This document shows positions 57,265-64,000 of a stretch of 64,000 nucleotides of DNA, in pieces. The DNA is from Thermoanaerobaculia bacterium. GTDB lineage: Bacteria; Acidobacteriota; Thermoanaerobaculia; UBA5066. The stretch covers positions 275,217 to 339,216 of the forward strand of contig CAWGCY010000006.1 in NCBI GenBank assembly GCA_963821225.1. Reading direction: 5' to 3'. Numbering within the stretch: the first letter of the stretch is position 1; each line of letters opens with the position of its first letter. The translations under genes were made by a program, and so were the position numbers. The notes beneath the pieces were generated by a model, which was not told the DNA's origin, searched no databases, and saw only the letters and a list, made by a program, of their open reading frames with translations.

Positions 57265-59295
57265 CTACAAAGCATCTCGAGCGGACAGGACGATCCTGCT
57301 GTCCACGACCGTCAGACCCTTTTCGTGCACGATGACCGGATTCAGGTCCATCTCGTCGATCTCGGGATGTCGCGTCACGAGGCCGGAGACCTGAACGAGC
57401 AGCCGGCGGAGCGCCGCGACGTCGGCAGGCTTTCGTCCGCGCACACCCTCGAGCAGCTTCGCTCCCCGGGTTTCTCCGATCATCTCCGAGGCGTCCTTCT
57501 CGGAGAGGGGAACGATCCGGAAGGCGACGTCGCGGAAGACCTCGACGAGGGTGCCGCCGATTCCGAACATCACGGCATGGCCGAACTGGAGGTCGCGCGT
57601 CACGCCTACAATGATCTCGAGTCCGGGCGCAGCCATCGCGCTCACGAGCACGCCGGCGGATCGCGCCCCGACCCGTCGCACGACGCCCTCGAGGTCGTGA
57701 AAGGCCTTTCGGACTCCCGCCTCGTCTTTCACGTTCAGAAGGACACCTCCAACGTCGCTCTTGTGCGTCACGTCCGGAGAATTCATCTTGACGGCGACGG
57801 GATAGCCGATTGCGCGGGCGGCGGCGACAGCCTCGTCCTCGCTAACCGCCTGCCGTGAAGGCACGACACCCATCCCCTCTCGGGCGAGAAATGCCATGGA
57901 ATCGGCAGGGGTGAGCGACTTCCCCGTTCCTGGCGGAGCCGCGGGAGCGGAAGGCTGCTCGGGTTCCTGCGGGAAGCGATCCCGGGCGAAGCGGACATGG
58001 CAGGAATAGGCTTTGACGGCTCGGTCCGGCGTGGGAAAGACGGCGATCCCCTTCTCGTGAAGGAGTAACCGCTCGGCGCGCTCGACGTCAGCGCCGCCGA
58101 GATACGCCACGAGGTCGGGCTGTCCCGGCTCCAGGGCGTTCGAGGCGCCCGGGATCGGGTCCCCGAAGATCGTCAGGACGACGTCGTAGTGATTCCGCGC
58201 CTTCGCGATGACTTTGCGGAAGCACTCCGCATCGCCGTCGCCCGTGAGGTCGAGCGGGTTTCCGACGATGAAGTGGGAGGGCAGAAACTCCCGCAGCTGC
58301 GCTGCAAGGGGAGAGGGCAGCTGGCTGATCCGGAACCCGTTGTCCGCCGCGACGTCCGTGGCGATGATCGCGGATCCCCCGGAGCTCGTGACGATGAGCA
58401 TCCGGGGTCCGGCGGGAGCCGGCACGTAGGCCAGAGCTTTGGAGAAGTCGTAGAGCTCCTCGAGGGACGTCGCGCGGTGGATGCCGAATTGCCGGAAGAC
58501 GGCGTCGAAGATCTCATCCTTTCCGGCGAGCGAGCGGGTGTGCGATTCGGCGGCCTTACGCCCCTGCTCGGTCCTTCCTGACTTGAAGACCACGATGGGC
58601 TTCCGGCATGCCCGGACGGCGGACAGGAAGCGCGGAGCGTCCTTCACGCCTTCGATGTACAGCGTGATCACTTTCGTGTTCGGATCAGCGCCGAAGAACT
58701 CGATCAGGTCGGCCTCGTCGACGTCGATTCTGTTCCCCATGCTCACGAACGCCGAGAAGCCGAGTCTCTCCTCGGCAGCCCAGTCGATCAGGGCCGCCCC
58801 GACGGTCCCGCTCTGCGAGGCGATGGCCATGGCGCCCTTTCGGGTGATCAGCGGCCACGACGCGCAGAGGCCGTGGTGCGGATAGTTCACGCCCTGACAG
58901 TTCGGCCCGACCACGCGGATTCCGCACCGAGCTGCGTTCTGCTTGACCTCCTCCTGCAGGCGGGCGCCTTCCGACCCCGATTCGGCGAAGCCTCCTGTGA
59001 TCACGATGGCCGCCCGAACCTTCCGCTCGCCGAGCTGGAGGATGGTTCCGGGGACGGATGCCGCCGGAACGATGACGACGGCCAGATCGGTGCCGGACGG
59101 GATGTCGTTCACCGATTTGACGGACGGGACTCCGAGGATCGTCTCTCCCTTGGGATTCACGGGGATGACCGGACCGCCGAAGCCCGCGTCGAGGATGTTC
59201 TTGAAGATTGTGAACCCCAGTTTGCCCGGCTTTGCGGAGGCGCCGATGACCGCCATGGCATTGGGGCGAAAAAGCGCCTGCAGGGAGTCACTCAT
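57265..59295 (-). CDS. ADP-forming acetyl-CoA synthetase (NDP-forming acyl-CoA synthetase, fused alpha/beta domains; CoA-binding + ATP-grasp)
   Basis: 676 aa. The N-terminus MAVIGASAKPGKLGFTIFKNILDAGFGGPVIPVNP is a CoA-binding Rossmann. SQSGTVGAALIDWAAE is the catalytic His-loop region. The C-terminal ATP-grasp segment reads AIGYPVAVKMNSPDVTHKSDVGGVLLNV. GAGGAG RBS. Confidence 0.85.
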   Translation of the reverse strand: MSDSLQALFRPNAMAVIGASAKPGKLGFTIFKNILDAGFGGPVIPVNPKGETILGVPSVKSVNDIPSGTDLAVVIVPAASVPGTILQLGERKVRAAIVITGGFAESGSEGARLQEEVKQNAARCGIRVVGPNCQGVNYPHHGLCASWPLITRKGAMAIASQSGTVGAALIDWAAEERLGFSAFVSMGNRIDVDEADLIEFFGADPNTKVITLYIEGVKDAPRFLSAVRACRKPIVVFKSGRTEQGRKAAESHTRSLAGKDEIFDAVFRQFGIHRATSLEELYDFSKALAYVPAPAGPRMLIVTSSGGSAIIATDVAADNGFRISQLPSPLAAQLREFLPSHFIVGNPLDLTGDGDAECFRKVIAKARNHYDVVLTIFGDPIPGASNALEPGQPDLVAYLGGADVERAERLLLHEKGIAVFPTPDRAVKAYSCHVRFARDRFPQEPEQPSAPAAPPGTGKSLTPADSMAFLAREGMGVVPSRQAVSEDEAVAAARAIGYPVAVKMNSPDVTHKSDVGGVLLNVKDEAGVRKAFHDLEGVVRRVGARSAGVLVSAMAAPGLEIIVGVTRDLQFGHAVMFGIGGTLVEVFRDVAFRIVPLSEKDASEMIGETRGAKLLEGVRGRKPADVAALRRLLVQVSGLVTRHPEIDEMDLNPVIVHEKGLTVVDSRIVLSARDAL

Positions 59296-59367
59296 GTCGC
59301 TCCTCGAGATCGTGCTCGGCGAAGTCTATCCCGGCGGGGTGGTACGAGCGGCTAGACTCGTCGTCTG

Positions 59368-61260
59368 GTGTTGAGAGACCAGAGTCGCGCGGGTGAGAGT
59401 CCCTCTCCTGTCTCGATCTCGAGGCAGGAGATCCTCCGGGACCTGGAGAAGCTGATCCGGGATGGCGCTCTCTTCGGTGCCGACCGCGATCCGTCGATCA
59501 TGGACGCCGCCGAGTTCGACCGGGCGGTCGTCAAGAAGAAGGGGAAGGGAAGCCGGTTTCTCATCAGGAAGGTTCCCCGGAAGTCGAAGCTGCTGAGGCG
59601 GTGGGCGCGCCTCTTCGAGAACGCGGTCTCGCCCTGTGCGCTCCTCGACGCGCTCTCCGCCAGGATCCACGAGTTCGAGCACCGGGAGAAACTGCTCCTC
59701 TTCAGCAGGGACCGGATCATCTATGACACGGAGATCTTCCAGGCGGAGGAGAGCGTCGGCGAGCTGACGGTCAGTTTCGCATCCCTGCGGGACCCGGCCG
59801 CCGGGTTGCGCGGTTACTTTTCGGGCGAAAGGCTGCGGATCGTCTACATCGAGCACATCCACCTGACGGCGCAGAAGTCGGGATACGCCTCGGCTCTCTT
59901 CCGGCACTACGAGCGGCTTTTTCACGACCTCGGGTTCAACCAGTTCCGGCTCAGCGCCGCCCTCTCCGTCGGCAGGTATTACTGGGCCCAGGAGGGATTC
60001 GATTTCTCGGACAAATCGGAGGCCGGCAGGAGGAAGGCGGAGCTGAGAGCTCTCGTGAAGGAAAGGGACCTTCCCGTCCGGGAGGTTGAGATCGGACGTC
60101 TCAACCACGCCTACGATTTCGCCCGCTTCAGGAGAGAGCTAAAGATTCCCGCCTACCGCGACGCGGAAGGCGCTTACTCGTCGAAGGCCGACGCCCGCTT
60201 TAGCGAGGAAGTCTCCCTGCCGCTCGGGAAGGCGTTTCTTCTCTGCTCGGCGCCCTGGGAGGGGTACAAGACGATTTACACGAACACTCCGCGGATAACC
60301 GGCTTCGTGACCTCCAGGGATTATCTCTCGCACCGAACGCGCAGGGGCCACGTCGAGAGCCCCGGGCGGCTCCGCACGCTCCTCAAGGCGATCGACAAGC
60401 AGCGCCCGAGAAGGAGCCTCGTCGAGCTTTCGCCATACGTTCCCGACCTCGAGTTCCTCCAGGGGATCCACTCGGCGGAGTACCTGGCGAAATTTCGTGA
60501 GAGTGTCCGGAGGGGCGAGAAGGTTTTCTCCACGGCGGACTGCTCGATTTCCGCAGCGAGCTTCGACGTTGCGCTCCTGGCGGCGGGCGGGGTGATGGCG
60601 GGCGTGGACGCGGTCCTGAACGGGAGGGTCGACAACGTGTTCTGCGCCGTCCGGCCTCCCGGCCATCACGCGGGACGGGATTCCGCGATGGGCTTCTGTT
60701 TCATCAACAACGTCGCGGTGGGCGCGCTCTACGCGAGGGCGGTCTACGGCGTGGAGAAAATCTTCATCCTGGACTGGGACGTCCATCACGGAAACGGAAC
60801 GCAGGAGATCTTCGAGGGCGACCCCCTGACCTACTACTGCAGCCTCCACGAGCATCCGACGTTCTGCTTTCCCGGTACGGGCCGGAGGACGGAGCGAGGG
60901 ACGGGGGCGGGCGCGGGCTTCACAATGAACCTGCCTCTGAAGCCGCACACCAGGGACGAGGAGCTGATGGAGATCTTCGAGCGAGAAGTCGTCCCGGAGA
61001 TCGAGCGCTTCGAGCCCGACCTGATCATGATCTCGGCGGGCTTCGACGCGCACGAAAGGGACCCCATCGCCGACCTCGATCTCACGGAGAAGTCCTTTGT
61101 CCACATGACACGAAGAGTCTGCGAGCTGGCGGATCGATATTGCGGGGGCCGGATCGTGTCGGTCCTGGAAGGAGGGTACGACGGTCCCGCCCTCGCCTCG
61201 TCGGCCCTCGTTCACCTGAAGATTCTTCAGGGAAGGAGTGAAGAATGTTCGTCGGAATAA
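59368..61260 (+). CDS. Fusion protein: N-terminal GNAT-like (AcuA-like) acetyltransferase domain + C-terminal histone-deacetylase-superfamily (AcuC-like) deacetylase domain
   Basis: The N-domain RIVYIEHIHLTAQKSGYASALFRHYERLFHDLGFNQFRLSAALSVGRYYWAQEGFDF has a GNAT motif-A-like segment and the YYW element seen in AcuA. The C-domain carries the HDAC hallmarks RPPGHHA, DWDVHHGNGTQ and SAGFDAHERDP. The GTG start is uncertain; an ATG at 59500 is possible. Confidence 0.75.
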   Translation: MLRDQSRAGESPSPVSISRQEILRDLEKLIRDGALFGADRDPSIMDAAEFDRAVVKKKGKGSRFLIRKVPRKSKLLRRWARLFENAVSPCALLDALSARIHEFEHREKLLLFSRDRIIYDTEIFQAEESVGELTVSFASLRDPAAGLRGYFSGERLRIVYIEHIHLTAQKSGYASALFRHYERLFHDLGFNQFRLSAALSVGRYYWAQEGFDFSDKSEAGRRKAELRALVKERDLPVREVEIGRLNHAYDFARFRRELKIPAYRDAEGAYSSKADARFSEEVSLPLGKAFLLCSAPWEGYKTIYTNTPRITGFVTSRDYLSHRTRRGHVESPGRLRTLLKAIDKQRPRRSLVELSPYVPDLEFLQGIHSAEYLAKFRESVRRGEKVFSTADCSISAASFDVALLAAGGVMAGVDAVLNGRVDNVFCAVRPPGHHAGRDSAMGFCFINNVAVGALYARAVYGVEKIFILDWDVHHGNGTQEIFEGDPLTYYCSLHEHPTFCFPGTGRRTERGTGAGAGFTMNLPLKPHTRDEELMEIFEREVVPEIERFEPDLIMISAGFDAHERDPIADLDLTEKSFVHMTRRVCELADRYCGGRIVSVLEGGYDGPALASSALVHLKILQGRSEECSSE

Positions 61261-61895
61261 GGATGACGCGGAACGTGATCACGGTCTCCCGAGGGGACAC
61301 CTTGAAGTTTGCGAGCAATCTTCTGCACGAAAACCGGATCCACCAGCTCCCGGTCGTCGAAGGCGAGGAGTTGATCGGTTTCGTGTCGGGTACCGATATA
61401 CGCAACTCGACGTTCGAGGAGACGACGGTTTCCGGGACCGGCAAGATCGTCGTGAAGAACAAGACCGTCGAGGAGATCATGACGCGCGAGGTGATCACGG
61501 TGAGCCCGTGGGACACGGTCGAGGACGCGCTCCTGATCTTCCACAAGAGGAGACTGGGCGCCGTGCCGGTCGTGGAAGGAAAGAAGCTGGTGGGGATCAT
61601 CACGAAGGCGGACGTGCTCGCGGCGTTCTGCGACACCCTCAGGATCCAAGAGCCCGGGGTGAGAATCGAGGTGCTCCTCCCTCGCGAAGCCGGCTCCCTC
61701 ATTCACCTCGTGAAGAAGCTCGGGGAACTGAAGACCGAGATCCGGAGCCTGATCCTCTCTCCATTGAGGGACGGCTTCGTTGCCTTCATCCGGATCTCGA
61801 CGATCGACGTGGCGGCGGTGAAGAATGCGCTCAAAGACGCGGGCTTCACCGTTCCGGAACTCGCGGATTTTCTCGGGGGGACCGGCGAACGATAG
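61245..61895 (+). CDS. CBS-pair + ACT-like protein (AcuB-like) copy 1
   Basis: 216 aa. Two CBS motifs (ENRIHQLPVVEGEELIGFVSGTDI and KRRLGAVPVVEGKKLVGIITKADV), then an ACT-like C-terminus. GGAAGGAG RBS. It overlaps the upstream stop. Confidence 0.75.
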   Translation: MFVGIRMTRNVITVSRGDTLKFASNLLHENRIHQLPVVEGEELIGFVSGTDIRNSTFEETTVSGTGKIVVKNKTVEEIMTREVITVSPWDTVEDALLIFHKRRLGAVPVVEGKKLVGIITKADVLAAFCDTLRIQEPGVRIEVLLPREAGSLIHLVKKLGELKTEIRSLILSPLRDGFVAFIRISTIDVAAVKNALKDAGFTVPELADFLGGTGER

Positions 61896-61913
61896 AGAGA
61901 CTCGAGGTGTTAC

Positions 61914-62543
61914 ATGTTGATTCGAGACATCATGCGGAGCCCGGCCCTGGCCATCTCCGCGGATACGACGCTCCAGGATGCCTACCGGACGATGCGGGAG
62001 CACGGCATCCGGCACTTGCCGGTGCTCGAGGGCGAAAAGCTCGTCGGGGTGGTCACGGACCGCGATCTGAGGCTGGCGACCAGCTCGCTCGCGCCCTCAC
62101 CATTCTCGCCTGACAGCCGGGTCTCCGCGGTCATGTCTCAAGCGCCGCTGACGGCGGATGCCGCCGACCCGGTCGAGGACGCCGCACGCACGATGCGGGA
62201 GCGGAAGATCGGCTGCCTCCCGGTCCTGGACGACGGGCGGTTGATCGGGATCGTCACGGGCCTCGATCTGCTGGACGCGTTGGTGCGACTGACGGGCGTG
62301 CACAAGCCCTCGGGCCGCCTGGAAGTGCGCCTTCCCGACCATCCAGGCGAGCTCGCCCGGCTCACGAGCTTCGTCAGCCACCGCGATCTGAACGTCCACT
62401 CGATCTTGACCTATCCCGATGGTCCCGACTCGATTCGGACGGTCCTGCGCATCGGCTCGATCGAGACCGGGCTGCTCGCGCAGGACCTGCGCCGAGCCGG
62501 GTTCGACGTGCTTTGGCCCCCGGAGAAGCCGTGCCCTCGGTGA
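61914..62543 (+). CDS. CBS-pair + ACT-like protein (AcuB-like) copy 2
   Basis: 209 aa. EHGIRHLPVLEGEKLVGVVTDRDL and ERKIGCLPVLDDGRLIGIVTGLDL. GAGGTG RBS. Confidence 0.75.
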   Translation: MLIRDIMRSPALAISADTTLQDAYRTMREHGIRHLPVLEGEKLVGVVTDRDLRLATSSLAPSPFSPDSRVSAVMSQAPLTADAADPVEDAARTMRERKIGCLPVLDDGRLIGIVTGLDLLDALVRLTGVHKPSGRLEVRLPDHPGELARLTSFVSHRDLNVHSILTYPDGPDSIRTVLRIGSIETGLLAQDLRRAGFDVLWPPEKPCPR

Positions 62544-63670
62544 TCTACGCTCCCGCCTACCGGACGTACTCCTTCGGCGACGAGCATCCGTTCAGCCCTG
62601 TGCGAACCGACATGGTGCTCGATCTCCTGGGTGCGCTCGGGCACCGCGTCGAGACCGTCGAACCAAAGCCGGCGACGCGGGAGGATCTCCTCGACGTGCA
62701 CCAGGATGTGTACGTCTGCCGGGTGGAGAAACTGAGCGCGGGCGCTCTGGTCGTCGACGGACAGGAATACGGGCTGGGCACACAGGACACCCCCTCGTTT
62801 CCGGGTATGGACGAGGCGGCCAGGTGGATCGTCGGGGGCACCCTGCATGGCGCGCGCCTGATCTCGGAAGGGCGAGAGAAGCGCGTCCTTCAGCTCGGAG
62901 GGGGGCTGCATCACGCGCGCGGCAGGTTTGCGTCGGGTTTCTGCATCTACAACGACCTCGCAATCGCGATCAACTCCCTCACGCGGAAGGGACTGAAGGT
63001 GGCCTATCTCGACATCGACGTCCACCACGCCGACGGCGTTCAAGAGATCCTCTACGAGGATCCACGCGTCTTGACCGTGAGCCTTCACGAGTCGGGCAAA
63101 TACCTCTTCCCGGGGACCGGCGAGATTCGCGAGCTCGGCTCAGGAGCCGCCCGTGGCCTGAAGCTGAACCTGCCGCTGGAGCCGTTCACCGAAGGCGAGA
63201 GCTACCTGGAAGTTCTCGAGAAGGTGACCCCGGCCGCCCTGCGGTACTTTCGCCCCGACGTGCTCGTGGTCCAGGCGGGAGCGGACGCGCATTTCGACGA
63301 TCCGCTCTCCGATCTCATGCTGACCACGCGCGATTACGAGGTGATCTTCAGGCGAATCCTGGCCTGGGCGGACGAGTTCACCGCGGGCCGGGTGCTGTTC
63401 ACGCTGGGAGGCGGCTACTCCTTCCGCGCGGCGCCGCGCGTGTGGGCGATCCTCTACCTCGTGATGCACGACGTCGATGTGGTGCAGGAGCTTCCGGAGT
63501 CCTGGCGAAGCAGATGGAGCCACACTTCCGAAAGCGGGCTCCCGCGCACATTGCACGATCCGAATCCGTCGCACGCCGACATTGCCAACCGCTACGAGAT
63601 TTCACACCGCAACCGGCAGGTGGCCGAGAGGCTCCTGGACCTGACGCGGCAATACTGGTTCCCCAAGTAA
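62531..63670 (+). CDS. acuC: AcuC-like class-I-type deacetylase (acetoin utilization protein AcuC/histone deacetylase family)
   Basis: VIYAPAYRTYSFGDEHPFSPVRTDMVLDLL...GGGLHHARGRFASGFCIYNDLAIAI...DIDVHHADGVQ...AGADAHFDDPLSDL. A likely GTG start at 62531 overlaps the upstream stop. The ORF track lists TTG 62513. Confidence 0.8.
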   Translation: MPSVIYAPAYRTYSFGDEHPFSPVRTDMVLDLLGALGHRVETVEPKPATREDLLDVHQDVYVCRVEKLSAGALVVDGQEYGLGTQDTPSFPGMDEAARWIVGGTLHGARLISEGREKRVLQLGGGLHHARGRFASGFCIYNDLAIAINSLTRKGLKVAYLDIDVHHADGVQEILYEDPRVLTVSLHESGKYLFPGTGEIRELGSGAARGLKLNLPLEPFTEGESYLEVLEKVTPAALRYFRPDVLVVQAGADAHFDDPLSDLMLTTRDYEVIFRRILAWADEFTAGRVLFTLGGGYSFRAAPRVWAILYLVMHDVDVVQELPESWRSRWSHTSESGLPRTLHDPNPSHADIANRYEISHRNRQVAERLLDLTRQYWFPK

Positions 63671-63696
63671 GACAAGACGCGAACCGGTGCGCGCGC

Positions 63697-64000
63697 TCAA
63701 GACTTCGGCGCGATCACCCGTCCCGCGGCCCTCTCGCGTGGATAGAGAAGGACGTGTCGTCCACTCTGGATCTGGAAGATGCCCACTTCGTAACGCCGAG
63801 GGTCCCCGTGCTCGTCGAACTGCAGCCGCTCGAGTGGAAGCAGGAGGTCGGTTTTGCGAAGCGCGTCGCGGACCGCCTCCCGTTCCGGAGGGGCCGACGT
63901 GCGAGAAGCCCTCTCCAGCGCCGCCAGAACCGCGCGCGCCGCCGTGTATCCGTACATGCTGAGCGGCGCCGGAGGATGTTTGAACTCCCGGACGAATCCG
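63697..64000 (-). CDS. Branched-chain amino acid-type ABC substrate-binding protein (LivK family), C-terminal fragment, gene continues beyond window end
   Basis: The C-terminal peptide ...MYGYTAARAVLAALERASRTSAPPEREAVRDALRKTDLLLPLERLQFDEHGDPRRYEVGIFQIQSGRHVLLYP is a typical type-I periplasmic binding-protein ending. The frame is open to the window edge. Confidence 0.6.
   Translation of the reverse strand, partial: GFVREFKHPPAPLSMYGYTAARAVLAALERASRTSAPPEREAVRDALRKTDLLLPLERLQFDEHGDPRRYEVGIFQIQSGRHVLLYPRERAAGRVIAPKS

Overview
This is a high-GC (about 67%), gene-dense bacterial chromosomal window. I found no rRNA, tRNA, CRISPR array, transposase or integrase. The dominant theme is anaerobic-style 2-oxoacid and acyl-CoA metabolism.

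(1) OFOR (2-oxoacid:ferredoxin oxidoreductase) operon 1 is on the minus strand at 6549-12852. Its PorD-type ferredoxin subunit is fused to a GltD-like NAD(P)H oxidoreductase. The operon also contains an orphan receiver-only response regulator and three unknown small ORFs. A FadR/GntR regulator is encoded divergently.

(2) OFOR operon 2 (24737-27993, minus strand) has the canonical gamma-delta-alpha-beta order and is followed by TctCBA tripartite tricarboxylate transporter genes and an SDR epimerase. It has its own paralogous FadR/GntR regulator. Both clusters carry the same ~25-bp palindromic operator-like motif.

(3) An ADP-forming acetyl-CoA synthetase sits divergently next to an AcuABC-like lysine-acetylation module. 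That module contains an unusual GNAT(AcuA-like)-deacetylase(AcuC-like) fusion, two tandem CBS-CBS-ACT (AcuB-like) proteins, a second AcuC, and a third AcuB-like gene at the window start.

(4) A catabolic island at 43026-53457 encodes an OFA-type MFS transporter, two adjacent family-III CoA-transferases, four small unknown ORFs (a Zn-ribbon protein, a Cys-rich 64-aa microprotein and two others), an aryl/benzoate-type CoA ligase, and a LivH/LivM-LivG-fused/LivF ABC importer with no binding protein.

(5) A TPP riboswitch (THI element), readable directly from the sequence, precedes a TonB-dependent outer-membrane receptor.

Other genes: PPDK, malic enzyme, a P2-type cation ATPase, a CDC48-like double-AAA ATPase, a LigD phosphoesterase-polymerase fusion without a ligase domain, OsmC, a DUF4388-containing 877-aa protein, a PAS-GGDEF-EAL sensor, UbiE, and a frameshifted DUF2891 gene.

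Many long antisense shadow ORFs in the six-frame track are artefacts of the GC bias.
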